Source: Chlamydiota bacterium
Lineage (GTDB): Bacteria > Chlamydiota > Chlamydiia > Chlamydiales > Rhabdochlamydiaceae
Reading direction: 5' to 3'
NCBI GenBank assembly: GCA_013286595.1
Contig: JABDFI010000002.1
Coordinates: forward strand, 10,151-74,150
Length of the DNA stretch: 64,000 nt
The notes under the pieces were generated by a model. The model saw only the letters and a program-made list of their open reading frames with translations. It searched no databases and had not been told where the DNA came from. Position numbers and translations under genes: made by a program. Positions within the stretch are counted from its first letter, which is position 1, and every line of letters begins with the position of its first letter. This document shows, piece after piece, positions 52,451-62,513 of the stretch.

Positions 52451-53680
52451 TTAACTCTCGAGATTCACATCCATTTCGAGATGTTTTTTTAAGGCACCTA
52501 AAAATCCACAGCCATACATGCCATCGAGAACGCGATGATCGAATGTTAAACAAACATACATCATCGATCGGATGGCGATCATGTCATTTTCCATGGGAAT
52601 CACTTTCTTTTGGATAGCACCAATGCCCACAATGGCCACTTCAGGATAACGGATGATCGGTACGCCAATTTGCACTCCAGACATGCCGAAATTGGTCATC
52701 GTGATCGTTCCTTCGGTCACATGATCAGGTGTCAATCCTCCCGTTTTTGCTCGTTGAGCTAACTCACCCACTGCTTTGGCGATCTCAGCGAGCTTTAAAC
52801 GCTGGCAGTTCTTGATGACAGGAACAAATAATCCTTGGTCGACACTCACAGCAATGCCTAAATTGACAAACCGCTTAACAAGAATCGTATCTCCATCTAA
52901 TGAAGAGTTGATCAAAGGAAATTCTTGCAAGGCTTTGACAATCGCACGAGCGACAAAACTGGTGATCGTTAACTTAGATCCATGTTTTGACAAGAACGCC
53001 TCTTTTTCTCGGGCGATCACTTGCATGATCTCCGTGACATCAACTTCAGCAATAAGAGAAGCATGTGGTGCTTCATAAAAGGAGCGGACTATGTTATCTG
53101 CAATGGCTTTGCGCATCCCCGACATTTTCAACCGTTCGATTTCAGGACTGTGACTGGGAATAGGAGGAGACGTCATAGCCATGCGCGCTGCAGCTGGACA
53201 CGGTTTAGATTGTGTTTTGCGTTCGACGTAATCCTCTAAATCTTTCTTTGTCAACCGATTGCCCTGGCCGGTACCTGGTATTCTCTCTAGTTCATCAAGA
53301 CTTATTCCTTTTTCACGCGCTAACCGCAACAGAGCAGGAGAAAAGAAGCCCGCCATGTCTTTCACTGGTTCAGAAGAAGCGGACATCATCACTGGAGCCG
53401 TGGAAACTGCAGACTTCTCTCCGATCTGTTCTTTGCCAGGCATAATCGTCGCGAGCAGATCTCCCACTTTTAATTCTTGATCGGGTTGAGCAAAGATCTC
53501 TTTTAAAACACCCGCTACTGGAGAGGGAATTTCGCTGTTGACTTTATCCGTAGACACTTCCAATAAAGGTTCATCAAGCTCAACGTATTCTCCCGTGTGT
53601 TTAAACCAGCGTACGATCGTAGCACCGAGAATACTTTCTCCTAATTTGGGTAGGGTAATTTTAACTTCTTGGCTCATCAT
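52451..53680 (-). CDS. Dihydrolipoamide acyltransferase (E2 component of a 2-oxoacid dehydrogenase complex)
   Basis: Lipoyl domain with EVSTDKV, a peripheral subunit-binding domain (SPALLRLAREKGISL), and a catalytic DHRVLDG. Confidence 0.9.
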   Translation of the reverse strand: MMSQEVKITLPKLGESILGATIVRWFKHTGEYVELDEPLLEVSTDKVNSEIPSPVAGVLKEIFAQPDQELKVGDLLATIMPGKEQIGEKSAVSTAPVMMSASSEPVKDMAGFFSPALLRLAREKGISLDELERIPGTGQGNRLTKKDLEDYVERKTQSKPCPAAARMAMTSPPIPSHSPEIERLKMSGMRKAIADNIVRSFYEAPHASLIAEVDVTEIMQVIAREKEAFLSKHGSKLTITSFVARAIVKALQEFPLINSSLDGDTILVKRFVNLGIAVSVDQGLFVPVIKNCQRLKLAEIAKAVGELAQRAKTGGLTPDHVTEGTITMTNFGMSGVQIGVPIIRYPEVAIVGIGAIQKKVIPMENDMIAIRSMMYVCLTFDHRVLDGMYGCGFLGALKKHLEMDVNLES

Positions 53681-53695
53681 CCATTCCTATTCTTT

Positions 53696-53866
53696 AGACC
53701 TCTTTCGAAATTAAGGGTTCGTCGATTTTGGGGATTATTTTGGCCGATTTTCGATTCTTTTTGCGGGGATAGTATACGAAACAAGATACAATCCCCGCAA
53801 AAAGAATCGAAAACTCGGCTCAAAAGAACCCCAAAATCGACAGAACTTTAATTTCGAAAGAGGTCT
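53696..53866. repeat. Family-C palindromic MITE-like element
   Basis: Imperfect inverted arms of about 75 bp, AGACCTCTTTCGAAATTAAGG...TTTTTGCGGGGA / TCCCCGCAAAAA...TTAATTTCGAAAGAGGTCT. It lies between the E2 start and the lpxK 3' end, and the lpxK stop sits in the right arm. Confidence 0.88.
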
Positions 53867-54918
53867 TTTAGCAAATACTCTTCAATCCGTTGGAGCAAAC
53901 GATCCCAGTGCTCCTGTCCAGAAAACAGTTTCAATTGCATCTTCACGGGCACAATCGGCAGATCACAACTAAAATTTTGGGATAATTTTACCCAGTCCTT
54001 GTATGTGCATAACAATAATTCGGCGCCTTGTTCTCTGCAACGTTTAGCAAAGTCGCGAAGCTGCAGATCGGTTGGGCGCTTGTGATCATTCAATAATAAA
54101 GTGGCAACGAGGTCAACGCCCACATGCTGTATGGTATCTATAAAACGCTCTGGTCGTCCTAATCCACAAAATAGCCCCACTTTTTTTCCTCTGAGCGCTT
54201 CTGTCTCTACCATGTCTACATGCAAGGTAAGCAAGGGAGCATCAGTATATTTTTTAAGTTGGGCGTTTAATCTCTGTACTTGTTCTTGTGTTATGACATG
54301 ATTGGCGATCACAAGATCAGCATTACGCAGTCGCGAAGGAAAATCTCTTAAAAGCCCTCGAGGCAAAAATCTCTCTTGAGCAAAAGGATCTCGACCATCA
54401 ATCATGACAAGTTCAAGATCACGAGCCAGTTTTCGATGTTGCATCCCATCATCTAAAACTAAACACTGCGCTCCTTCTTCAATGGCACGTCTTCCACACT
54501 CCACGCGGTCTCTTCCGACCCATACATCTGCCTGTGTCGTTTGTCCTAACAAAAATGGTTCATCTCCACAGACGTCTGGAGAAAAGAAAGGCGTTCCTTG
54601 TCTAGCGATTAAATGCACTTTACCTGAGCGCTCCATCTGCGATTGGTAACCTCGCGATAAAATAGCGACACGACAACGATCGTGCAGTGCGTTGACAAGT
54701 AGTTGGGTAAAGGGGGTTTTTCCGGTGCCGCCAATTACAATGTTACCTATGCTGATCACAGGAACAGACAGTTGGGTTGAAGTGAGATAGTGTCGTTCAT
54801 AGGCCCAATGCCGTGCCTTAATTCCAGCTTGGAATAAATAGCTCAAAGCCGCCAATGTTCCTCGAACAAAAGGTGGAGCCTTACGTCTATCTGTCATAAC
54901 GTCTAATAAATAGGGCAT
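53848..54918 (-). CDS. lpxK: Tetraacyldisaccharide 4'-kinase
   Basis: VISIGNIVIGGTGKTP P-loop, and a size and layout typical of LpxK. Confidence 0.88.
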   Translation of the reverse strand: MPYLLDVMTDRRKAPPFVRGTLAALSYLFQAGIKARHWAYERHYLTSTQLSVPVISIGNIVIGGTGKTPFTQLLVNALHDRCRVAILSRGYQSQMERSGKVHLIARQGTPFFSPDVCGDEPFLLGQTTQADVWVGRDRVECGRRAIEEGAQCLVLDDGMQHRKLARDLELVMIDGRDPFAQERFLPRGLLRDFPSRLRNADLVIANHVITQEQVQRLNAQLKKYTDAPLLTLHVDMVETEALRGKKVGLFCGLGRPERFIDTIQHVGVDLVATLLLNDHKRPTDLQLRDFAKRCREQGAELLLCTYKDWVKLSQNFSCDLPIVPVKMQLKLFSGQEHWDRLLQRIEEYLLKDLFRN

Positions 54919-54981
54919 GCGAATAAAAAAATTTATAGAGAAGTTGATTTTAACAGACTGAGGACAATTTGTGCGATGTGA

Positions 54982-55608
54982 TTATTGACTTGCCTTAATT
55001 GACTCATTTTCAGTTATTAAGCCTCCATGGGGATAAAAAAGAATCCTTTCCACTTGCTCGATGATGATGTGTAAAGCCGCCATGTGAGCCTCTTGTACGC
55101 GGTCAGAATAACGGAATCCCGATACAATCCATTCCAAATCGCCTATTCCTTTGAGCTTCCCACCACTTTTGCCTAAAAAGGCAACAGTTGATAATCCCAG
55201 CTCTTTAGCGCGCTGAATGGCGTGGATGATATTAGGTGAATTGCCACTTGTCGTTAAACCGATGAAAACATCTCCTGGTCGTCCCCATGCTTCGATGGAA
55301 CGTGCGAACACCTGTTCGTAACCGAGATCATTTCCGACACACGTTAAATGTCCTACATCAGATAAAGCAATGGCTGGAAGAGCACGCCTCTTTTCTCGGA
55401 ACACTCCTGTAAACTCTTCTGCGCAATGCATCGCATCGCACATCGATCCGCCATTTCCTGCGATGAGTAATTTATTTCCTCGTTGAAAACATTCTGCAAG
55501 GCAACTGCTCACTGATTCGATAAAACTCAAACTTTCTGGTCGTTTCAAAGACTCGATTGCACATAGCGCTTCATCAACAGATTCTTCGATTGCAGTTTTC
55601 ACGTTCAT
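54982..55608 (-). CDS. gmhA: Phosphoheptose isomerase (SIS domain)
   Basis: LLIAGNGGSMCDAMHCAEEF and GLTTSGNSPNI. Confidence 0.85.
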   Translation of the reverse strand: MNVKTAIEESVDEALCAIESLKRPESLSFIESVSSCLAECFQRGNKLLIAGNGGSMCDAMHCAEEFTGVFREKRRALPAIALSDVGHLTCVGNDLGYEQVFARSIEAWGRPGDVFIGLTTSGNSPNIIHAIQRAKELGLSTVAFLGKSGGKLKGIGDLEWIVSGFRYSDRVQEAHMAALHIIIEQVERILFYPHGGLITENESIKASQ

Positions 55609-55912
55609 GTTTCACCTAAATCGGCATGGAGAGTAAGAAAAATGACAAATATACACAAATGAATTCAACAATTGGGAATTTGGCTGGTAAGCGGCACAAA
55701 TTTTTGTGTCTGGAGCGAGCGACCATTGCTGAGAAGTACTCATAACAACAGATGATCGGACTGCAGTCATTCGTTATGAGCTTGCAACAGAAAAAGAAGA
55801 CCTTTGATAATCATTGCTATTCTTCGATTTGATTCAAATTATCTAATCGACAAAATAAATGAAGTTCACAACAAAATAGAAGAATAACATTCAATATATA
55901 ACATGATTTCGA

Positions 55913-55942
55913 TTGACATGAACATGAGACCAAATGTATCAT
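55913..55942 (+). promoter_or_regulatory. Possible sigma70-type promoter for asd
   Basis: TTGACA (55913-55918), an 18-nt spacer, then TATCAT (55937-55942), about 58 nt upstream of the asd ATG. Confidence 0.35.
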
Positions 55943-56000
55943 GTTTTCATAGTTGTTAGAAGTCATTTAGCAACGTTTCATCGCAATCAGACCTTTTTTT

Positions 56001-57029
56001 ATGAAGCCTTTACATCTTGCAATCGTCGGTGCAACAGGAGCTGTTGGACAAGAAGCTCTCGAGCTGTTGGAAAAACGACATCTACCATTAGCTTCTCTTC
56101 GCTGTTTTGCGTCTTTAAGATCAGCGGGAAAAAGCGTAGTTTTTAAACAACAATCAATTCCGATTGAACATTTAACTCCCGATGCTTTTCAAGGAATCGA
56201 CATCGCTTTATTTTGTGCAGGCGGAAAAATTTCTAAAGAATGGGCGCCTCGAGCAGTGGATGCAGGTGCTATTGTCGTCGATAACAGTTCTTATTTCCGA
56301 TTAGACGATCGCGTGCCTTTAATCATTCCAGAAATTAATTCCCATGCATTACTACCACAACATCGACTCATCGCCTCTCCCAACTGTAGTACAACCATCA
56401 TGCTGATGGCTTTAGCTCCTTTGCATCGAGTGATCCCGATTCAACGGATCGTCGCTGCCACCTACCAAGCTGCAAGTGGTGCTGGAATGCATGCCATGCA
56501 TGAACTGCGCGAAGAAACTCATGCCTACATAGAAGGCCGCCCCTTTGAGCGCACGGTCATTCCCTTCCCTTACGCTTTCAATCTCTTCACACACAACTCT
56601 CCACTGACCGAAAGCGGATACGTCGAAGAGGAATTAAAGATGGTCCATGAATCGCGTAAAATTTTGGAAGATGACCAGATCCGTATCCATGCCACGTGTG
56701 TTCGCGTTCCGATTTTGCGTGCGCATTCAGAAACATTGAATGTCACCTTTCATGCTCCGTTTAGCGTGGAAGATGCTTATGCTATATTGAGAAAGGCTCC
56801 TGGAATTACCCTTGTTGAAAATCGCGCAGAAAACCGTTTTGCGATGCCCATCGATGCTTCTGGAAACGAATCTGTTTTGTGTGGAAGGATTCGAGAAGAT
56901 CGCTCTCATCCAAACACTCTTGACTTATGGGTAGTTGGAGATCAGCTACTAAAAGGTGCAGCTCTCAACGCCGTGCAAATCATCGAATACTTACAAGGAA
57001 AGAGCAAAACAGAAAAAATCCATGACTGA
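56001..57029 (+). CDS. asd: Aspartate-semialdehyde dehydrogenase
   Basis: LAIVGATGAVGQE and the active-site SPNCSTT. Confidence 0.92.
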   Translation: MKPLHLAIVGATGAVGQEALELLEKRHLPLASLRCFASLRSAGKSVVFKQQSIPIEHLTPDAFQGIDIALFCAGGKISKEWAPRAVDAGAIVVDNSSYFRLDDRVPLIIPEINSHALLPQHRLIASPNCSTTIMLMALAPLHRVIPIQRIVAATYQAASGAGMHAMHELREETHAYIEGRPFERTVIPFPYAFNLFTHNSPLTESGYVEEELKMVHESRKILEDDQIRIHATCVRVPILRAHSETLNVTFHAPFSVEDAYAILRKAPGITLVENRAENRFAMPIDASGNESVLCGRIREDRSHPNTLDLWVVGDQLLKGAALNAVQIIEYLQGKSKTEKIHD

Positions 57030-57205
57030 TCAACACGATAATAGACATCTTGCGTAACATGCTTTGCCCGGAAAAAGCGAAGATTTTCTAGGCAATTTTT
57101 AGAATCTACGAAGTAGATTCGGGTAGCAGAGGTGAGGCGACTTGAATAAGTCGCTGAGACGAGGATACAAAAAATTGGCAGAAAAGATTTGATTTTAACG
57201 GGTAA

Positions 57206-58597
57206 ATGAGGTTACGCAAAATGTCTAATAGATGGTGGATTCTACTTGCGATGTCAGCTGCGATCTCGATGATCTTCATCGATGTCACAGTTTTACCTGT
57301 TGCCTTACCTACCATACACAGAGAGTTAAATCTTTCTGATGTGGGTGCTCAATGGGTCATCAATGCTTATACACTTTTACTGACTATCTTGTTATTAGGC
57401 GGTGGAAGATTAGCAGATCTACTTGGAGCGCGACGGATCTTTTGTTTGGGGATTATCTTGTTTGCAGGTGCGTCAGCATGCTGTGGGATAGGCTCTCAAG
57501 AATGGATGTTGATTGCTGGGCGCGCACTACAAGGAGTTGGGGGCGCTATGATGCTGCCCGCTTCTCAAACCATCCTTGCCAATAGTTTTCCTTCTCATCA
57601 ACGCGGAAAGGCGATGGGAATTTATGTGAGCATTGGCTCCATTTTCCTTGCCATGGGACCTCTCATTGGCGGCGCTATCACTCAATACTGGTCCTGGCGA
57701 GGTGTGTTTTGGATCAACATTCCCATTGCCCTTGTAGGTCTACTGTTGACCATGCTCATCGTCCCCCGTTCAGTTCAGACAAAAGCACGGTTTGACGTGA
57801 GTGGACTACTTGCTCTAGCTATAGGAATTTCTTCCATCATCGTCGCTTTAATGCAAGCGCAGGTGTGGGGATGGGGAGATCCGCTGACTGTCACTCTTGT
57901 ATGTTTTGGTTTCCTCTTGATTTTTTTATTATTTCAGATCGATCGAGAAGTGCCATTTCCCATTGTCGATCTTTCCATCATCACACATCGCTCTTTCTTC
58001 ACCGGAGCTTCGTGCATTTTTTTTAGTCAATTGAGCATGGTGGCAACTGTCTTTTGGGCGATCTATTTTCAAGATGTTCTTCACTTCCCCCCGTCATATG
58101 CTGGTTTACTGACATTCATCGCCAATGCCCCTGTCTTATTAAGTGCACCTTTTGCAGGTCATTTAGTCGATCAACTGGGGCCGCGTAAACCTGTCACGTT
58201 TGGTTATGCTCTGATCCTGTTTTCTCTAATCTGGTTCATCAGCTTTCCAACCCCTTCTAGCATCTACTTTCTTTTGCCTTCCTTAATCCCCTTTGGCATC
58301 GGTGTCCCTATGATTCTCACACCCAGCTATGTCTCATTAATTAATGATGTGCCAGCTGAAAAACGGGGAATCGCTGCCGGTCTAAACATGACGCAACGGC
58401 AATTTGCAGCAACACTTGGCTTAGCTTTGATGGGAACCTTATTCTATCCAGGAAGAAATGATCCTCTTTCAAACGCCACTGAAGGTACCCTCTCAGCCTT
58501 CCGCAATGTCAACCTCTTAGCCGCAGGGAGCTGTGCCTTGGGGCTCCTCATCGCTCTCTTTTTCCTCAGCAATTCTCCTCATGCCTCCAAAAAATAA
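57206..58597 (+). CDS. MFS transporter, 14-TM drug:H+ antiporter (DHA2/EmrB-like)
   Basis: FIDVTVLPVALPTI, LGGRLADLLGARR (motif A) and 14 hydrophobic segments. An alternative ATG at 57221 has a better-placed GAGG. Confidence 0.8.
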   Translation: MRLRKMSNRWWILLAMSAAISMIFIDVTVLPVALPTIHRELNLSDVGAQWVINAYTLLLTILLLGGGRLADLLGARRIFCLGIILFAGASACCGIGSQEWMLIAGRALQGVGGAMMLPASQTILANSFPSHQRGKAMGIYVSIGSIFLAMGPLIGGAITQYWSWRGVFWINIPIALVGLLLTMLIVPRSVQTKARFDVSGLLALAIGISSIIVALMQAQVWGWGDPLTVTLVCFGFLLIFLLFQIDREVPFPIVDLSIITHRSFFTGASCIFFSQLSMVATVFWAIYFQDVLHFPPSYAGLLTFIANAPVLLSAPFAGHLVDQLGPRKPVTFGYALILFSLIWFISFPTPSSIYFLLPSLIPFGIGVPMILTPSYVSLINDVPAEKRGIAAGLNMTQRQFAATLGLALMGTLFYPGRNDPLSNATEGTLSAFRNVNLLAAGSCALGLLIALFFLSNSPHASKK

Positions 58598-58687
58598 TTT
58601 ACAATTCCCTCTTATAACAATTCCTTTTCTTGTTGTTTTTTTTAATTTATCTATGTGAAAATGCGCAAATATAACAGCAGGAATGTA

Positions 58688-60142
58688 ATGAAAAAAGGAT
58701 TATTCGCACAAAAATCTGTAGAGTCAATGCTCGCGCTAGCCGATTCCGAAGCGAGACACACTGGACTCAGAAAAGCTCTCGGCCCCATTCAAATCACAAC
58801 GCTTGGCATCGGCGCCATCATTGGAGCGGGGATTTTTGTATTAACTGGTCAAGCTGCCGCTAACTATGCGGGGCCTGCCATTGTTTATTCCTTTATTATT
58901 GCCGCTTTGATCTCTCTTTTCGCTGCTTTATGTTATGCTGAAATGGCATCGCTGGTTCCCGTGTCCGGTAGTGCTTACACGTATGCTTATGTGTGCATGG
59001 GAGAATTTCCAGCTTGGCTCATCGGTTGGGTATTAATCATGGAATACTTGTTGACCCTTGCCACTGTAGCTGTGGGATGGTCGGGTTACTTTACGAGCTT
59101 TTTAGAAGATTGTGGAATAAAAATTTCAACTGCACTGTCTAATGCCCCCTTAGCTTATGATTCTGTCCATGGATGGGCGAAAACAGGCGCTTACATTAAC
59201 ATTCCAGCGCTTTGTGTAGTTGGCGTCATCGGCGTTTTTGTTGCATTGGGAATTCGCGTTGCTGCAAGTATCAACAGTATCATGGTCGTCATTAAGATGC
59301 TTGTGATCCTACTATTCATCGTGTTTGGAATTGCCTTCATTAATATGGACAATTGGGTTCCCTTTATTCCTCCTAATACAGGAAATTTTGGAGAATTTGG
59401 TTGGAGCGGCATCTTGCGAGGCGCCGGTGTAGTCTTTTTTGCCTATAACGGTTTTGATGCGATCTCTACCTTGGCGCAAGAAGCGCGTAATCCTAAAAAA
59501 GATTTACCACTTGGTATGTTAGGCTCTTTGGGAATCTCAACCATTGTCTATATTCTCATGGCACTTCTCTTGACAGGTCTTGTCAGTTATACGATGTTAA
59601 ACGTGTCCGATCCCATTGGTGTAGCCATCAATGTCTTAGGACCCAAGTGGATGTGGCTCCGCTTTTTTGTTAAACTGGGGATTTTATCAGGCCTTGCTTC
59701 CGTTATTTTAGTGATGCTACTGGGCACCACACGTGTTCTGTATACAATCTCTCATGACGGGCTGTTACCCAAAAGTTTTGGCAAGATTCATTCCCGTTTC
59801 CGAACTCCTGCCTTTGGAACACTGGTGGTCACTCTGATTGCGATGATCATGGCAGCGCTATTTCCTGTAGGAATGTTGGGGCTATTAGTGTCGATTGGCG
59901 CTTTGCTAGTCTTTGGTTTTGTCTGCGTGGGCATTCTCATTCTACGCTATACAAAACCCTCTTTGAAGCGCCCTTTCAAATGTCCGATGTTCCCTCTCAT
60001 TCCTTTTCTCGGTGGTGCGGCCTGCTTGATGCAGATGTTTTTACTGCCCATGGAAACGTGGAGACAGCTATTAGCTTGGATGATTTTGGGTTGCGCCGTA
60101 TACTTCTTTTACGGTAGAAAGCACAGCAAGTTGCAACGATAA
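58688..60142 (+). CDS. APC-superfamily amino-acid permease (cationic amino-acid transporter-like)
   Basis: LGPIQITTLGIGAIIGAGIFVLTGQAA and 12-14 TM segments. I chose the ATG at 58688 (AGGA 5 nt upstream). The ORF is open from a GTG at 58655. Confidence 0.82.
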   Translation: MKKGLFAQKSVESMLALADSEARHTGLRKALGPIQITTLGIGAIIGAGIFVLTGQAAANYAGPAIVYSFIIAALISLFAALCYAEMASLVPVSGSAYTYAYVCMGEFPAWLIGWVLIMEYLLTLATVAVGWSGYFTSFLEDCGIKISTALSNAPLAYDSVHGWAKTGAYINIPALCVVGVIGVFVALGIRVAASINSIMVVIKMLVILLFIVFGIAFINMDNWVPFIPPNTGNFGEFGWSGILRGAGVVFFAYNGFDAISTLAQEARNPKKDLPLGMLGSLGISTIVYILMALLLTGLVSYTMLNVSDPIGVAINVLGPKWMWLRFFVKLGILSGLASVILVMLLGTTRVLYTISHDGLLPKSFGKIHSRFRTPAFGTLVVTLIAMIMAALFPVGMLGLLVSIGALLVFGFVCVGILILRYTKPSLKRPFKCPMFPLIPFLGGAACLMQMFLLPMETWRQLLAWMILGCAVYFFYGRKHSKLQR

Positions 60143-60181
60143 AAATCGACGAACCTTAATTCCGAAAGAGGTCGGACCTCT
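60142..60181. repeat. Family-C element fragment (right arm plus 7 nt of a left arm)
   Basis: AAAATCGACGAACCTTAATTCCGAAAGAGGTC matches the right arms at 53831-53865 and 62650-62682. GACCTCT follows. The fragment fills the permease-metN spacer. Confidence 0.75.
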
Positions 60182-60182
60182 C

Positions 60183-61181
60183 ATGATCGATATCCAATCG
60201 GTATCCAAACGATATGGGGCCCTAGACGCCCTCAAAGAGATCTCTCTTTTCATAGAAAAGGGGGATATCTTTGGGATCATCGGCTTAAGCGGAGCTGGTA
60301 AATCCACATTGATCCGCACGTTAGCTAGGCTGATTCGACCCACTTCGGGGAAAATCTTGGTTGAAGGAATCGATATCACCCAATTAGAGGGAAAGGCTCT
60401 TCGCGCGTACCGTCATCAGATGGGGATGATCTTCCAGAATTTTAATTTACTGAGCTCTTGTTCTGTGGCAGATAACATTAGCTATCCATTGGAAATCGCC
60501 GGAATATCTAAAGAAAAAAGGGAGCAGCGCATTGATGAGCTCCTCGCTCTTGTGGGCCTATCGGACAAAAAAGAGATATACCCCTCTATGCTCAGTGGAG
60601 GACAAAAACAACGGGTAGGAATTGCCCGCGCTCTAGCCTCTCATCCTAAAATTTTATTATGTGACGAGGCCACTTCCGCTTTAGACCCCAAGACAACACG
60701 TGAAATTTTAGATCTCTTGCACTCGATAAGTAAAAAACTGGGCGTCACAATTGTATTAATCACTCATGAGATGGAAGTGATCCGAAGGCTGTGTAATAAA
60801 GTCGCGGTCATTGAAAAAGGCAGCATCGTTGAGCAAGGGTTGGTCACTGAGGTATTTTCCAATCCTCAACATCCGACCACTCAACAATTTCTTCAAAATT
60901 CGTCCCATGATTTATCCCCCGAATTCATCAAAACTCTTTCCCTTGACGGACAACTGCTTCGGCTGCACTTTCGAGGTCAATCCGCGAAAGAACCCATCAT
61001 CTCTCATATGATGCGTCATTTTAAGCTCGAGGTTAACATCTTGATGGGGTGGATTGATCGCGTCCAACATACCACCGTAGGCACGCTCATCGTTGAACTA
61101 AAAGGCTCTGACGAAGCGATGGAAAAAGCAAAACAGTACCTCTTGGAACAGAACGTCAAATGTGAGGTATTGAACAGATGA
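60183..61181 (+). CDS. metN: Methionine ABC transporter ATP-binding protein
   Basis: Walker A GLSGAGKST, signature LSGGQKQR, and a C-terminal NIL domain. Confidence 0.88.
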   Translation: MIDIQSVSKRYGALDALKEISLFIEKGDIFGIIGLSGAGKSTLIRTLARLIRPTSGKILVEGIDITQLEGKALRAYRHQMGMIFQNFNLLSSCSVADNISYPLEIAGISKEKREQRIDELLALVGLSDKKEIYPSMLSGGQKQRVGIARALASHPKILLCDEATSALDPKTTREILDLLHSISKKLGVTIVLITHEMEVIRRLCNKVAVIEKGSIVEQGLVTEVFSNPQHPTTQQFLQNSSHDLSPEFIKTLSLDGQLLRLHFRGQSAKEPIISHMMRHFKLEVNILMGWIDRVQHTTVGTLIVELKGSDEAMEKAKQYLLEQNVKCEVLNR

Positions 61182-61861
61182 CTGGAGAGAATATCGCATT
61201 AGCTTTTCGGATCCTTCCCCTTGAACTATGGAACACCATTTACATGGTTGTTGTAGCGATGTTGCTAGGGACTTTAATTGGACTTCCTCTTGGCATCATT
61301 CTCACTATCACCAGTAAAGGGCATCTTAAGTCACATCACGGGATTTATAAATGCTTAGAAACTCTTGTAATCATCGGCCGCTCCTTTCCTTTTGCCATCT
61401 TGATGGTGGCCTTGATTCCTTTAACTCGTTTAATTGTGGGAACAAGTCTGGGCACCACAGCCTCCATTGTTCCTTTAACAATAGCAGCGGCTCCTTTCAT
61501 CGCAAGGCTCGTGGAAACAAGCTTAAAAGAGGTCGATCGACACGTACTAGAGGCCGCTATCGTCATGGGCTCTACCACGCAACACATCATCACCAAGGTG
61601 CTTCTTCCAGAAGCATTGCCTTCTCTTATCTCTGTGGGTAGTTTAACCATTGTCAATCTGATCGGTTATAGTGCGATGGCAGGTCTTGTGGGAGGAGGAG
61701 GATTAGGTCAAGTTGCTATCCAATATGGATACAACCGCTTTAATACCTTTATCATGGTTGTTACTGTGCTTTTACTCATTGCGCTCGTTCAAGGCGTGCA
61801 GTGGCTAGGCAATCGAGCTGTTAGAAAAATCATCGAAAAGAGAGGGACCTTTTCCCTATAG
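61178..61861 (+). CDS. metI: Methionine ABC transporter permease
   Basis: 227 aa, 5 TM, coupled to metN by an ATGA overlap. Confidence 0.85.
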   Translation: MTGENIALAFRILPLELWNTIYMVVVAMLLGTLIGLPLGIILTITSKGHLKSHHGIYKCLETLVIIGRSFPFAILMVALIPLTRLIVGTSLGTTASIVPLTIAAAPFIARLVETSLKEVDRHVLEAAIVMGSTTQHIITKVLLPEALPSLISVGSLTIVNLIGYSAMAGLVGGGGLGQVAIQYGYNRFNTFIMVVTVLLLIALVQGVQWLGNRAVRKIIEKRGTFSL

Positions 61862-61867
61862 ACCTCT

Positions 61868-62512
61868 TCAGCAAATTCCAGATTCAAACGGAGATGCAAG
61901 GTTTAACAACTCCAAAGTAGTGGGATGCTTGCACGACATCATCGCATGATGCAAAGCGATTCCCTCTTTGTTCCAAGGTTGCTTGCTGCCATATTTTCGA
62001 TCGCCTACAACAGGACAACCTATCGCAGACCATTGAGCGCGGATTTGATGGTAACGCCCTGTTTCTAATACAATTTTTACTAAAGTCGCCGGTCCCTTAG
62101 AACCTACGACCTCATACCGTAAGCGCGCGCACTTTGCATCGGGATGTTTAGCATAACTGATCGTTGCACGATGATCATCGTGAATGAGATAATGGACAAG
62201 CTCTCCTTGTTGAGAAGGAGGTTTTCCTTCCACAAGAGCGATATAAGTTTTAGAGATTTCTCTCTCTCTCATCATCCTCTGCAAACGCGATAAGGCTTTA
62301 CTTGTTCGCGCAAAGAGCACAAGCCCACTGACAGGCTTATCTAAGCGATGGATGGGCTCCAAAAAAACTTTCCCCGGTTTGTTGTACTTCACTTTGATCC
62401 ACGCTTTGGCGCGATCGAGAAAATTATCCGATTCTCCATCATGTGGTTGAGTAGAAAGCCCTGCGGGTTTCACAGCGACAAGTAAATGATTATCAACGTA
62501 GATGACTTGCAT
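61868..62512 (-). CDS. RluA-family pseudouridine synthase
   Basis: HRLDKPVSGLVLFART is the catalytic Asp motif. I chose the ATG at 62512 (MQVIYVDNHLLVAVKPAG) because the 75 upstream codons of the listed ORF are the translated palindromic element. Confidence 0.82.
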   Translation of the reverse strand: MQVIYVDNHLLVAVKPAGLSTQPHDGESDNFLDRAKAWIKVKYNKPGKVFLEPIHRLDKPVSGLVLFARTSKALSRLQRMMREREISKTYIALVEGKPPSQQGELVHYLIHDDHRATISYAKHPDAKCARLRYEVVGSKGPATLVKIVLETGRYHQIRAQWSAIGCPVVGDRKYGSKQPWNKEGIALHHAMMSCKHPTTLELLNLASPFESGIC

Positions 62513-62513
62513 A

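Noticed and set aside
53669-53851. 60-aa ORF (RRFWGLFWPIFDSFCGDSIRN...) and its relatives 62502..62714 (+) and the first 75 codons of 61868..62737 (-).
   Set aside because: All are translations of the family-C palindromic element arms. The same peptide appears on both strands because the element is an inverted repeat, and no RBS is present.
55620-56000. Possible riboswitch or sRNA in the 390-bp gmhA/asd intergenic region (small hairpins at about 55705-55722 and 55738-55783).
   Set aside because: The stems are short (6-8 bp). I recognise no conserved riboswitch core such as the lysine or SAM motifs. I annotated only a weak promoter prediction.
57090-57150. Short hairpins downstream of asd (GAATCTAC/GTAGATTC and GCGACTT/AAGTCGC) as a further repeat-element family.
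   Set aside because: There is no second copy in the window and the stems are only 7-8 bp. They could be a weak terminator region, but there is not enough evidence to call it.
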